Source: Octopus bimaculoides (taxonomy: Eukaryota). From it: 59,943 nucleotides of DNA. How positions within the stretch are numbered: position 1 is the stretch's first letter; each line of letters begins with the position of its first letter. The stretch lies in the NCBI RefSeq assembly GCF_001194135.2, contig NC_068988.1:3090388-3150330 (forward strand), in the 5' to 3' direction. Below, in pieces: positions 25,085-38,051 of the stretch. Made by a program: the position numbers and the translations under genes. Under the pieces are notes generated by a model. That model saw only the letters and a program-made list of their open reading frames with translations. It searched no databases and had not been told where the DNA came from.

Positions 25085-25245
25085 GATCCTGTTTCCAGGT
25101 GATTGATACAGTCAGAGGCATGTTTGTAGATGTAGCAGTGATGTCATCAACATATAACGCCAACAATATGATTCATGTGGAGGGGTCATGTGGAATAATA
25201 GTACAAAACCTTATAGCACCCCATTTAAGAAATGCTGTTACTGCT
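25085..25245 (-). mobile_element. Highly decayed non-LTR reverse transcriptase fragment
   Basis: Minus strand gives GVL*GFVLLF (similar to GVPQGSVL) then, in a shifted frame, LALYVDDIT (similar to Y[AV]DD). Confidence 0.45.
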
Positions 25246-25719
25246 GTATTGCTCACAACATTGTAGACACATTTTTTTTAAAGTGATTTTCAATATTAAA
25301 GAGAGAAGAAGGAATGGAGCTGAAAGTTTATTTTATGTATTTTCTCATTTGTAAACAATAATAATGTTGGTTATGGGTTCCTAATGGACCGATTATTTGG
25401 TCTACTTCAATTCTGGTGGTGACATGAGAGAGTCTAACTTGATGCAGAACTAATATCTCAAGGGACTTTGTTGATAGAGAACTGCTTTTACAGCTTTCAC
25501 AAGTGTCTATATATGAACATTACTGAAAATATAATTTGTCAAAATTTACAAACATTCACAAATATATATATCTGTGTGTGTGTGTATGCATGTATGTGTG
25601 TGTGTGTGTACATGTCTATATATATATACATACATATATAAATATATATATATATATATATACACATGCACACACACACATACATATATAAAATATGTAT
25701 GCACATATATTTAGAGACA

Positions 25720-26040
25720 TATTACTTGAAGCTTTTGACGAAATAGAGGAGGATATAGCATCACATGATGTGGAAGACAACTGGACGTTTCTACGGGACA
25801 ACCTGTTGAGGGTTACTGACCAGATCTGTGGATGGTGCAAATTCCCCTCTTGGCCCAAGGTTACATGGTGGTGGAACAATGCAGTTGACAGGGCCATTAG
25901 GGAAATGAAACAGGCTTGGAAGGACTGGAAGAACGGATGTAGTAGGGAATTGTATCAGACTGCCAGAAGGGAAGCTAGGAGACAGGTTTATTTAGCCAGA
26001 GGGGAAGCAGATACGAAAAAAATTTGCCAATGTCCTGCGT
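25720..26040 (+). mobile_element. RTE LINE APE-RT linker fragment
   Basis: ORF 25695-26045: FRDILLEAFDE..DQICGWCK..VTWWWNNAVDRAIREMKQAWKDWK..ARREARRQVY. Confidence 0.8.
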
Positions 26041-26199
26041 TGTGAGTAAATTCCACTAATGAGGCACTGGTCAACATGAGGATTCTTTAGCAGACACTTG
26101 TCCAAGATGCCACTCAGTGGACTCAATCACAGAACCAGAGGGTTGTGAGGTGAATGTCTTCAAGTATTAGGCCCATGATCATAAGGTCATGAGATTGAT

Positions 26200-26440
26200 A
26201 CCTGGTGGTCAATTGTGTCCTTGAGCAAGGCACTTTATTTCACCTCGCTCTAGTCCACCCAGCTGGCAAAAATGAGTTGTAACTATAGTAACAAAGGGCC
26301 AGCCTTGTCAGATTCTGCATTACATTGAATCTCTCTGAGAACTACATTAAAGCTACAGATGTCTGTGCAGTGCTCAGCCATTTTCATGTGAATTTCATGA
26401 GCAGGCTGTTCTGTCTATGGAGTGCCGGTTATGTCCATGA
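26200..26440 (+). mobile_element. SINE family C-like head plus 3' domain
   Basis: GTGTCCTTGAGCAAGGCACTTTATTTCAC followed by the domain shared with 24878. Confidence 0.65.
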
Positions 26441-27057
26441 TAATGAAGGAGATGGTACGTGTGTGTGTGTGTGTGTACATATGTGCATGCATCTGTGTGT
26501 GCATGTCTGTGTATAAGTATTTTATAATTGTCAAAGCCATAGTGTAGCTGCTTAATTTCTGAAGAAGCCAACAGTTTGCGAATGGCTGCAATAGTTAAGT
26601 GTTGTATCTTTGTAAATGCTAGTTTATCTATTTATCTATTTATGTATTTATTAACTGCTGTTTGCTTCTATTGTTGGCTATTTTTCATCTAAATGGCTTT
26701 GAAATCATATTTCTTCTACCATTTTGAGGTCATATATTAGAATGTTTTCACCTTCTGGCTACACATTGTCATTTTCATTATATTATTTACAATCTAATTT
26801 TCCAATGCACCAGTTTGAAAAGCAATTGAATTAGAATATATTTTCAATGAGACGAAGTGACTGCGTACGCAGAGACATCGCTTTACCTTCTTAATCATAT
26901 TTGCATCATAATACTGAGGTTAAATAGTTTTAGCGATGGGTTGCTGAGAAATTCAAACCTGCTACAACATGTATGTGTGTGTATCAGTGCAAGTGTGAGT
27001 GTATATGCATGTGTGTGTGCATAGATATTCATATATGTACATATGTGTGTGTGTGTG

Positions 27058-27127
<70 letters not shown>

Positions 27128-27282
27128 TGTATGTGTATTTATGTATGAATGCAAATATATATAACACATCGCTCATATTTATGATATGGACAGGCTGAGA
27201 TGCAGTGTATATGTTAATATTACAGGAAATATGTGCATATCTGTGGGAAAGCAAGGTGAACAAATAGAATTACAAGCTATAA

Positions 27283-27435
27283 GGAGGAGGGGTAGAGGAG
27301 GAGGAAGAGGAGGGGAATGAGGGGTGGAGGAGGAGGAGGAGAAGAAGAAGAAGAAGAAGAAGAAGAAGAAGAAGAAGAAGAAGAAGAAGAAGAAGAAGAA
27401 GAAGAAGAAAAAGAAGAAGCTGAGGAGGAGGAAGA
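27283..27435. repeat. (GGA)n-(GAA)n microsatellite
   Basis: Direct inspection. Confidence 0.95.
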
Positions 27436-27712
27436 TAGTGGACCAGGAAATTTTCAATCAAATTGAATTTAATCTTCTTGCCCAATAAGGACTAATATAA
27501 TAAGGACAAAAACCTTATTGCAAAACCCTGTCTTGGAGACTGGCACTCTATGTTTCTATGTGGCCCACATGTGGTTTCTAATACACTTTAAACCATGAAA
27601 TAATACAAATCTAGGTCTATGTCCATCTGAGCTAAAACGAATCTCTCTATGTGTATGTTTGTGTGTTTATTTAGACGAAAAAAATGAGAAAATCTGAGAA
27701 TATATTTTCAAG

Positions 27713-28155
27713 TAGGCGCAAGAGTGGCTGTGTGGTAAGTAGCTTGCTTACCAACCACATGGTTCTGGGTTTAGTCTCACTGCATGGCACCTTGGGCAGG
27801 TGTCTTCTACTATAGACTTAGGCCGACCAAAGCCTTGTGAGTGGATTTGGTAGACAGAAACTGAGAGAAGCCTGTTGTATATGTATATATATATGTTTGT
27901 GTGTCTGCGTTTATCCCCCCAACATCGCTTGACAACTGATGCTAGTGTTTACGTCCTTGTGACTTAGCAGTTTGGCAAAAGAGACTGATAGAATAAGTAC
28001 TAGGCTTACAAAGAATAANNNNNNNNNNAGAGACTGATAGAATAAGTACTAGGCTTACAAAGAATAAGTCATGGGGTCGATTTTCTCAACTAAAGGCAGT
28101 GCTCCAGCATGGCTGCAGTCAAATGACTGAAACAAGCAAAAGAATAAACGAATAA
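27713..28155 (+). mobile_element. SINE family A, full length; 10-N gap with duplicated flank
   Basis: Head, body and tail present; AGAGACTGATAGAATAAGTACTAGGCTTACAAAGAATAA occurs on both sides of the gap. Confidence 0.9.
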
Positions 28156-28264
28156 AATAGACTCAGTGTTTGTGCTGAGATTTTAGTTTTATTTTCTTAT
28201 ATTTCTATCACAAGACACAAGTTGAATAGTTTTAAGAATGGATTGCTAAGAATATTCAAACTGG

Positions 28265-28560
28265 TGTGTAGGTGTGGCTGTGTGTCAAGAAGCTTGATTT
28301 GCAATCCACTGGCTTTTGAGTTCAGTCCCACCGTGTGACACCTTGGGCAAGTGTCTTCTATTACAGCCTTAGGATGACCAATGCCTTCTGAGTGAACTTG
28401 GTAGAGAGAAACTGTGTGGAAGCTTGTTGTATACATGTGTGTGTCGATGTTCTTGTGTCAGTGTTTGTTTCCCAGCACCACCAGCACTTGGTAACCAATG
28501 TTGGTTTGTCTACATTCCTATAACTTAGTGGTTTGGCTTAACAGACCAACAGGATAATTA
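28265..28560 (+). mobile_element. SINE family A, older subfamily
   Basis: GTAGGTGTGGCTGTGTG..GAGTTCAGTCCCACCGTGTGACACCTTGGGCAAGTGTCTTC. Confidence 0.75.
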
Positions 28561-28804
28561 CCAGACTTCAAATATCAAAAATTCCATCAAGTGAGAATTT
28601 GTCTGTTCTTAAACATAGACTAAACACATCATATCATTTAGCTGGACCAAAAGCTGTAGTTCCGAGGAAATCTCACGCTCTTCTAATCCATTTACTTAAT
28701 GATCTCATTCTTTAGATATTCCATCTAAATAAGCAACATCATCAACTTCACCTGTCTGGCAAATACACAGGTATATCTTCTCCACCATTCCTCTTTCATA
28801 TTTT

Positions 28805-29210
28805 GTCTTTTATCTTTTACATGTTTCAGTCATTAGATTATGGCCATGCTGGGGCACTGCCTTGAAGAATACTTCAGTTGAAGGAATCGACCCCTGTGCT
28901 TAATATTCTAAAGCCTGGTACTTATAATATTGGCCTCTTTGGCAAGCTGCTAAGTTGTGGAGGTGTAAACACACGAACACCAGTTGTCAAACAATGATGG
29001 GGGACAAACAGAGACACAAAGACACAAAGACACACGCACACACACACACACACACACACAACAGGCTTCTTTAAGTTTCAGTCTATCAAATCTGTTCACA
29101 ACGATTTGGTCAGCTGAAAGCTATAGTAGTAGAAACTTGCCAAGCAATGGGACTGAACCTGGAACCATGTGGTTGGGAAGCAAGCTTCTTACCACACAGC
29201 CACACCTGCA
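28805..29210 (-). mobile_element. SINE family A, near full length, decayed
   Basis: Tail, internal (CA)n and head all on the minus strand. Confidence 0.8.
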
Positions 29211-29379
29211 TCTATATTTTCCATGATATAAAGCAGTTGCCACCCTCCCCCATCTCCCTTTCTCTTTCTCGCTGCGATTCTGAAATGTTTCCTACATTAT
29301 AAGATGCTTAAGAGAATCTCCCAGACTCTGTGCCCCCTTCAACTGGTAGTCAATCTCTTATTCCTCAAAAACTCTTCAC

Positions 29380-29720
29380 TGTCTAATTTCATTTTCCGTA
29401 GGGAATTCCTCTGATATTTTCGTTTGGAAAAGCTTTGACTGCCATCATAACTAATTAGCTTTCATTACCAATTTGAGGCATCACTTCTCAGTAACAAATT
29501 ACTTTTATCATTTGAAATGACAACAAAAAGCGCTACAAAAATTATAATTGAAACACGTTTGTAGCTTATTTCAGCTGCCTTGGACGAGGTCATGGCTACA
29601 GCATCATCTCCATTGTCAATGTGACTTATATATACTTTCTTTTCTCTTTGCAACTTTGAATATTCATACACTAATGGAGCAATGAATTCTTGTAACCTGA
29701 AACTCTTCCAAAGTTCCATG
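29380..29720 (-). mobile_element. Possible DIRS/Ngaro-like RT relic
   Basis: IAPLV...HIDNG...ALFVVISNDKS resembles the RPLV...YLDDG...AGFVVNEEKS spacing of tyrosine-recombinase retrotransposon RTs. The expected upstream PFG motif was not found. Confidence 0.3.
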
Positions 29721-30072
29721 TAGATGTTGTCTCATTCCAAGTCAGCCTCATCAAGTAAATCTAAGATTAAATGCAGTCCAACCATGGCCATACATCGGAC
29801 TACATTATACAATGTGACTGTTTCCATTTCATAGAGTGTAATTAGAAGAAGGAAATGTGAAAGTCATTTTCATCAGATTGGGTAACGACAGCAATGGTTC
29901 AATCTTGGCTCAGACAGTTCATATTTTCCTTCTGCTATGATTACAAGACAACATTTATACCACACAATTGAATCAATATTGATAGTTAACATTATTTCTC
30001 TCTCTAATCTCTTTATACATACATACATGGATACTTACATACATAGTTACATAGTTACATACATACATATAT

Positions 30073-30115
<43 letters not shown>

Positions 30116-30214
30116 AAAGGAAAAGTATAAGGAAAGGCAAAATTGTAGGTGTAGACGATTTATAATTCATAATCCAGGTTGGTACAAAACCAATATCCTC
30201 TGTCACCTTTTGTG

Positions 30215-30480
30215 ACCTCTATTCATTTTCTATATTTAAGAGATGAGGAATTATGTACATTATTTACATTATTTACATTTGAAAGATATTTGTCCTCATC
30301 TTGTTTGTTGTTAACACAACGTTTTGGCTGATATACCCCCCACAGCCTTCATCAGGTGTCTTGGGGAAATTTCGAACCTGGGTTCTCATTCCGAACGTAT
30401 TTTTCCATGTTATCATCATCATCGTCATCATCATTATCATCATTCAAGTCACAGCCTGGACTTGAACTCGGAATTTTGGT
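30215..30480 (-). mobile_element. tRNA-headed SINE-like element with PLE-type body and hammerhead motif
   Basis: Minus strand: tRNA-like 3' half (GAGTTCAAGTC B-box-like), (GAT)n, GAGAACCCAGGTTCGAAATTTCCCCAAGACACCTGATGAAGGCTG..., tail TCCTCATCTCTTAAATATAGAA (also at 21580-21655). Confidence 0.65.
30313..30360 (-). ncRNA. Minimal type-I hammerhead ribozyme motif, G12 to A
   Basis: GACAC-CTGATGA-A-GGCTG[12 nt]CAGCC-AAAAC-GTT|GTGTT: stem I GACAC/GTGTT, 5-bp stem II, loopless palindromic stem III (ACGT), GUU triplet. Confidence 0.7.
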
Positions 30481-30539
30481 GTTGAGAGCGCAGGCAACTA
30501 ATGCCAAGATTCCAAGTTTGATTCGGGGCAGTGACCTGA

Positions 30540-31220
30540 ATGATGATAATGATGAGGACGATGATGATGATGATGATGAAGATTATGATCATAATGATGA
30601 TGAGGACGATGATGAGGATGATGATGAGAGGATACGGATGATAATGATGATGATGAGGAGGAGGATGAGGATGGTAATGATGAGGGTGGAAGAACACGAT
30701 GATGATGATGATGATGATGAGGTTGATGATGATGATGATGAGGATAAGGATGAGGATGATGAGGCTGATGGGTGATGATCAGGATGATGATGAGGAGGAG
30801 GAGGAGGAGGAGGAGGATGGATGATGATGATGAGAATGATGATGATGATGAGGATGATCATGAGAATGAGGATGATCATGATGAGGAGGACGATGTTAAT
30901 GAGGAGGATGATGATGAGTATGATGGCAGCATTGGCAGCAGCAGTAGCCACGGCACCAACAACACACCTGCCAATACAAACAACAGCAACAGTTACACTA
31001 GCAGCTTGTCAAGCTGCAGCAGCAACAACATCACCAGTAATGTGTCCAACAACAGTGATCTTATTGATGACAACTGCTGTACCAGTAATGGCAGTGATAC
31101 CAGCAACAGCACCAGGGGTAGTGACAGCAGCAGCAGCAGTACTAAAAGCCCATCAGAGACATCAGCAGCGATAATAATGCCAACCACAACGGCTATAACA
31201 GCACCAGCACAAGAGCACAG
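30540..31220. repeat. Cryptic (GAT/GAG)n grading into (CAG/CAA/ACA)n repeat
   Basis: Low-complexity ORFs occur in several frames on both strands. Confidence 0.8.
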
Positions 31221-31835
31221 ACAGATATATGTCAGATCTACAGGTGACCCATTCAAGCATCATCTAAGCAACCTTTAGAATACCAGAGTGACACAACATT
31301 ACATCTCTGGTCAGCTACATATAGTATTTAAAAGAGGAGGATACACTATACGTAATTAAATGCAGGCCCCTAGAACAACTGGGGGCATATATCAGTGGAA
31401 GCAAATGATGTAATCTTTGCTTGGCTAAAGAGTAAGAATCCTGAAAAACTCACTTGACCTGTGTCCTTTTTGAATTCCAAAATATAAGTGTTTAGTCAGT
31501 GCCCTCATCAGAGTAAATTCATGTTAGAAATGAGGAATTCCCCATTTGCCAATTAAGAAAAAATGCTACCAGCCATGGAGATCTTCAGCAAGCCTGCCGA
31601 AAACATAACCACTACTGGTCTAAGGGAGATAACTCTACCTCACCTATGTCTTGTCTTTGTCAGTAGAATGATTTTGCTTACAAAATTAACTGACCATGAC
31701 TTTTTCATCTCTCCATTTGTAGAGGAGTTAAGTGCCTCTGGCCATTTGAGTCTGACGAATTGGTCACCAATACAGCTAAGTGTCATATAGGCATGTGACC
31801 AATGGCCACTCCCTGACTGGCCATAAACAAACAAC

Positions 31836-31870
<35 letters not shown>

Positions 31871-32042
31871 NNNNNNNNNNNNNNNNNNNNNNNNNNNNNN
31901 NNNNNNNNNNNNNNNNNNNNNNNNNNNNNNNNNNNNNNNNNNNNNNNNNNNNNNNNNNNNNNNNNNNNNNNNNNNNNNNNNNNNNNNNNNNNNNNNNNNN
32001 NNNNNNNNNNNNNNNNNNNNNNNNNNNNNNNNNNNNNNNNNN

Positions 32043-32079
<37 letters not shown>

Positions 32080-33324
32080 TTATATATGTATATATTTATA
32101 TATGTATGTATTCATAAGTATGTATCAGAAATAGACTACTAAATTTGATTTATTACCATTTACTAAATCAAGTAGTTGTGAAAAAGACTAAAATTCTTTG
32201 TCTTTCAGCTTGCAAACTTCAGCTCTGTTGCTGCTGCTGTTTCTAACTTTCTAATTGTGAAATGTGTCACTTTTAAATCCTATATTTATTACTTCACTTC
32301 CATAAAAGTTTATTTTCTCTCAGTCAAATTTATGAAAGAAAAAAAAAAAAGAGCTAAAAAAAAAATGTACTTTAGATAATCATATATTATATATCATTGA
32401 ATCATATTCCAAAATATTTTATTCCATATCAGTATTTTCAAATTTAACAGCCCAGAATTATATGACCAGTTCCTGTATTGACATCTTTGTGAGCTGTTTA
32501 TTTCTCTATTATCATCATAACCATCATAATCATCATGATTACCGTCTTTCTTGTAGTTGTTGTTGTTCTTGCTGTTGATTGGGTGTGAACAAAGATGGCA
32601 GAAATATTTGTGCTACTCTTGATATAAGTATCTTTGATCGCTAGTCTAAATAAAAATATAAAAATATAAAAAGGACAAAAAAAGAGAACCAACCTGTTAT
32701 TAGAATTTAAAACCTGTTTTTGGAGCTGAAGGCTAAACCAAGAACAAAACAGCAAAAGCCTCGGTTTATTCTAACACAATGGCATCTATGAAAGATTGAT
32801 TACAAATTTTCTTTCTGCGTTTCTGTAAGAAAATGAAAAATGGTGTCAAAACCAACAGAATATTCATAGAAATATTGATTTGAAAACTAAAATATAATGT
32901 CCCATAATCCCATTGGGTCATGCAGTCATCGCTGCAGACTTTGTTGTTGTGGAGGGTATTGAAGTGTGGATGTTTTGATTTGTTTACTTTGATGCCGAGA
33001 AAAGAAGCTGAGCTTTCTGCTGTAAGTTAAGGAAACATTGATAAATTCTATAATGTTTTACTATTCATCGAAGATAGTGCAGTGGGGGTGGGGGGTGGAG
33101 TCTTTAGACTGTTGTTCCAAACAAAAAATGGACAATACTGTAAATGTTATCTCCAACTGTACAGTAGACAATATTTAAAACAATCATCATCTTCATCATC
33201 ATCATCATCAACAACAACTCCTCTGGACATTATTGTCTTGAGTCCTAGGGCTCTTAAAGTTGGTTTCCTGAGATCACTGCATTTTCCCCCAACAGGATGC
33301 TGGTTCATTGCATGGTTACTCATT

Positions 33325-33450
33325 TAGAGGTTAGTGGGCTGGGGTGATGGTAAACTTTTGTTTAAGAGCACAATGCACTCCCCAGTCCAGGAATCGAAAC
33401 CCATGATACTGTGACCATCAGTGTAATATCCCAACTACCAGGTCATGCAC
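33325..33450 (-). mobile_element. SINE family C, head, decayed
   Basis: GAGCACAATGCAC..CCAGTCCAGGAATCGAAACC matches the 24205 copy. Confidence 0.6.
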
Positions 33451-34283
33451 TGATGCATTTAAAACATTGCTCCACTGACACAAAAAGCTGGCCTCCCAGC
33501 AAATAGTTCAGTTATGACAATGGCTAAGAATTGTGCCAAAACTATTAAACCATTTTCACCTGTTTTAATTCTATTTTTGAGACCTAATTTTTCATGTCTG
33601 TAGGTACTTCACTCCTGATAAATAACTTCTAATAATTCTCTGCCAGTCGTCTTGAATTTAAGTTAAAGTTTGAGAAGACTGAATGAAAGATTTTTCTCTT
33701 TTCAATTTAAATAAGAAGAAAACAATAAAATAGTGGATATCAATTATTTCAACCAATACTTTCCAACAGATTACACATTTTAGTACAAAATAACAAAAAT
33801 TTTGGAAAATGTATTTTTTTAGCAAATATTAAATTTGTTGTTTGCCTATAACTTATATTTTGAAAGTTTAAAACAATTTTCATTCTTCGAAAAAACAAAA
33901 CCTACTTTTATGGGCTTTCCATCCATCCATATGTTGCCATATGTGTGGGACAAAAAAATTTGCTCAGAAGATGGAAACCCAGGTCCTGCCCAGAATGTTC
34001 GAAGTGTTTTCATTGCCCCCACCGCCAAATTTTAGGGGATGCACTTTGCTGTTGCACCTCCTCTTCCGAACACAATGTATGTTGCTACCTACACACATAT
34101 ATATACACACACATATGTACACATACGTGCACACACACACATACACACACAAATAATGTATGAAATAATGCCTTATCTTAAAATGAGTGCTCAGTTTCAT
34201 AAATAGTGTTAGACAGGTGTGTTGAAAGTACAAACTAAACAGGTATGTTGAAAGTACAAACTACTTAAGAGTAAATGATTTTA

Positions 34284-34499
34284 CTAACCCTTTTGATACC
34301 GACCTGTCTAAGACTGCCCCTGGATCTGTAGTAGAAACTTCTTGCTTTATGGTCATACAAATTAAAACTTACAAAGTTTCACATTAATCTAAGCTCCATA
34401 CATCAGCTTCATAATGAGCTATTTTACTAAATTCATTATTTCCAAACTTGAATGAAACAAGAGCAGTCTATTTCTCCAGAAATATCAACAAAAAGTTAA
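34284..34499. mobile_element. TTAA-type (piggyBac-like) MITE
   Basis: Ends CTAACCCTTTTGATACC ... ACAAAAAGTTAA (decayed TTAA-CCCTTT/AAAGGG-TTAA); homologous to 38052-38460 and 51941-52100. Confidence 0.6.
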
Positions 34500-34974
34500 A
34501 CAATTATTTTAAGATTTTCATCTGCCCCCCCCCCTCCTGTGCTGCTGCTTGTCCCCTCCTCCTTCCCAAGCCACTTCTGTTTCTCTCTGCTTCCCCATCT
34601 CCAAACTGATATTTAACATCAACCTCACCTCCACTCTCATTCCCCTTCCAATCACCTCCTACTCTTATCTCTAAAAAACTCCTACTCCCCTCTCTATCTT
34701 ATCAACTTACATGATCCCTTCTGATCCTCTGTATTCTTTCTTGCCTTCTTGTAGATTGAGTATTTGCCCTGGCACATCACCACCCCCAACTTTATCTCCA
34801 TTTCAGTTTCTCCTATTCATCCAACCTCATGTAATGCAGGGTAAGCACGTATTCTCTCCCCCATAGCCAGATACCCGTGCTTGTCCCTCTGCCTTATCTT
34901 AGTCTCTCAACACCTGGCATAAAGCCCCCTCCCCCTTTCTCCCACTTAGTTGAGGTTTTTGTTTTCTTTCTCTT

Positions 34975-35140
34975 TCAAGTTACTGGCCAACCTCACTAAT
35001 ACCACGAAGAAAGCACTCAGTACACTCTGTAAAATAGTTGGCATTGGAAAGGAACAACAGGTGTAGAAAACATGCCAAAACAAACCAGAGCTAGAGGCAA
35101 TGCCACAGCTTGTCAGATCCTGCCATACCATTCAAGCATA
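34975..35140 (+). mobile_element. RTE 3' UTR fragment, decayed
   Basis: AAAGCACTCAGTACACTCTGTAAAATAGTTGGCATTGGAAAGG. Confidence 0.6.
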
Positions 35141-35152
35141 GAAAATGATTGT

Positions 35153-35236
<84 letters not shown>

Positions 35237-35989
35237 TATATTAATATTACACACACACACATATATATGTATTACACACATAAACATACATAGTCAAATA
35301 AATCCATTTTATTTGAAGCCTTTGAAATGAAAACCGCATGTTATTGGAATTCTCAACTCCCAATTCCTTCTCTATGACTTCTGGAATGTTCTGTAGTAAC
35401 TTTCTGTAGTTACATATTCTTTAAATTGATAACATGAAATACACGCATAACAAAACACAACACCATTTTATTTGGTCAATTCATGTATCATCCAGGTAAC
35501 TGCTCAAGTAGTTATCAAAACAAATAAATATGAGCTTTATGGAATCAATAAATGAACAGAACAAACTACAAATCTACTACAGTTAAGCAAATATGGGAAT
35601 ACGTTCCTTGTACAAATTCATTTCATTGCGTATCTGAATCATCAGAGATTGATTGTGTTATATCTGACAGAAACATGACCAAGCTGTTGTTATTGAATTG
35701 GTGTTAGTCAGCCAAAGATGTTTGATAGGAGAGAGGCTAGGGTCATTTACATGGAACAAGATGTCTTTTTTTTTTTTTTTCACATATATATAACTAGAAA
35801 AAAATTCTGTCAGCAAAAAGTAGGAATAACAATTTTCAAAATACACCAGTGGAAGACACCATGTTAAAACAAACAGATATTAGTGACATGTTGCGCAGTT
35901 TCATCCGGTCAATCCCACCGGGTGGTCTCCATGAAAGTGCTCAGGCTGTTATTAAAACAAATATAAGGTGTTGCATAAATTGATCTGAA

Positions 35990-36235
35990 ATCAATAAACC
36001 AATCAAACTTGAAATATCCCACATACTGCAAACATGGACTTTGGGATTCAAGGGTCCATGGCTATTCAATATTCTGCCAAACAACCTCAGAGATTTTTGA
36101 GGTGTAGATGTGGAGATCTTCAAAAACATCTGGACAAATTTTTACCTGAGGTACTAGATGAATCCACATTGTGACAGGAGGCACAAAGAGGAGCAGCTCC
36201 ATCCAACTTGTTGATTCACTAGAAATAGTACAGTA
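35990..36235 (+). mobile_element. CR1/Jockey-group LINE ORF 3' end
   Basis: LGFKGPWLFNILPNNLRDF*GVDVEIFK/KHLDKFLPEVLDE, matching the G..LFN.LP...FK..LD.FL..V.DEP terminal motif. Confidence 0.6.
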
Positions 36236-36744
36236 AAGAATCCCAGACACACTGAAAGGAGGTGCTCCAGCATGGCCTTAGTGTCTAGCTGAAACCAGTA
36301 AAAGATTAAAGATGTGAGAGATTCATGCATAACAGCAGAGAGAAACAGAAATAGTCTGACGGAAAAAAGGGAAACCTGAATTATTATTCTATCTCATTGT
36401 TATTCATTGAGGTGAAACTTCTCTGAGACATGTCTAGTGAACTACAGACATCAAACAAATCTTCATGACATTCTGTCTTTAAAATGGGAAGGACATCTCA
36501 GATTATGTAGTTCTACAGATACCTAAAAAAGGACAGGATGGTTTTGGTAAGAATGTTTTTGGCCTTTAAGCAGTGGGATCAGAGCAAAACAACATCTCAG
36601 TACCTCATCAGGACTTAGGATAGGTTTTAGTTTCTTAATATTAACTGTTACTCACTGGAATTCAACAAAACCAATTAGAGCAAAATTTTTATCTTAAATT
36701 CCAATCAGTAGCAGTTTCTAGGAACAAAGATCACACATTATGGT

Positions 36745-37010
36745 ATCTGTTCAAATATTCCACAGTTCTATGATGCAAGTCTCTGTTAAACTAATATAAG
36801 TTACAAAACATGTGGCATTTGTTTAAATGCTCCATATTTCTATGATGTAAGTCTAGGTTCTTTAACATGTGTTACCTGTTAAAAAAGTTCATGATTCCTT
36901 AAAGTCTCTGATTGTTAAACTGATACAAGTTAGAGAACCTGAAGTATCTGTTTAAATATTTCACGATTTTATAATGTCTCTGATTGTTGAATCAATATAA
37001 GCTGCAGAGG
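36745..37010. repeat. Old ~75-bp degenerate tandem repeat (3-4 units)
   Basis: Recurrent TGTT(C/T)AAATATT(C/T)CA, AAGTCTCTG(AT)TGTTAAACT and ATAAG(T/C)T motifs. Confidence 0.55.
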
Positions 37011-38051
37011 ATTTACACCACAGCACAACGTTTTTGAAACCATATTTCTAGTGAAATACACTGTGTTTTAATTTGGCAAAATAATCAATAATTTGGCAGA
37101 ATTGGATATCAGAACATCAAGGTACATAATTAGATGGCTTAATACTTGGTATTAAATCCATCACATACTTCTGTTATGTCATTCCTCTAACAATGTAAAG
37201 TATATTAAATACGTGAACTTTAAATGCCTGAAATTTCACAACTCCAAATTAAGAATAATCCAAAAGCCAAAAACTCAGTGATGCAGTGGACTAATTTACA
37301 GCAGGCTCTCTTCCACTTCATTAACAGTTTACTTAGCTACGTAGTATAGAACTATCAGCAATCAATGCCATTAATGCCATTCAGTAACTGGTATGTGTTG
37401 GCTAACTACCTGCTTTCACTTCATCATATACTTTATAATTTTTGCTGGCATCATCCTAATGGAATTTGATGATAGGTCACCTGTGAAATAATACAGTGTC
37501 CACAGTGTATCGTCACAAGAAAGCAGGCCATAATTATTTAAGACACCACAACCACCATCACTATTTCTATCAATGCTACTGACACCACTACTAACAACAG
37601 CAACATCAACTGTCATTTTCACTTTAACATGCAATTTTTTAATATTAGTATTTAAATTTTTCCTTTTCTTTTTTTTCTTATAAGGCCAAACATTTGGAAC
37701 CTAGCTTCTATAATTCCCCAGCTCGGTTTCTGTCATAGTTTCCCCTTTTTCTCCAAAGAACTACTTCTCCTGTACACTTCATGACTGCAATGGTGAACAT
37801 AGAATTAGAGACAAGAGATACCTATATAAAAAATGGGATAGTCATGGCTGGAATGCTTTTGATCAGAATTGGTCTGATGTTACGCTAATTCACTATTATT
37901 TCACTTTTCTACAAAATATTACATATCCAATGGATCATGTTCTACTCATTTCAGTCCTTACCCTCGCTATTATAATGGCCCCACGACCATGTACACCATT
38001 AATTATGTCGCATGACTATCAAAAACAAAATCGTCAACAACTTGTTTATTA

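Noticed and set aside
30356-31278. Asp/Glu-rich then Ser/Asn-rich ORFs
   Set aside because: Open in several frames on both strands, begins inside a repeat element, and has no domain; cryptic simple sequence
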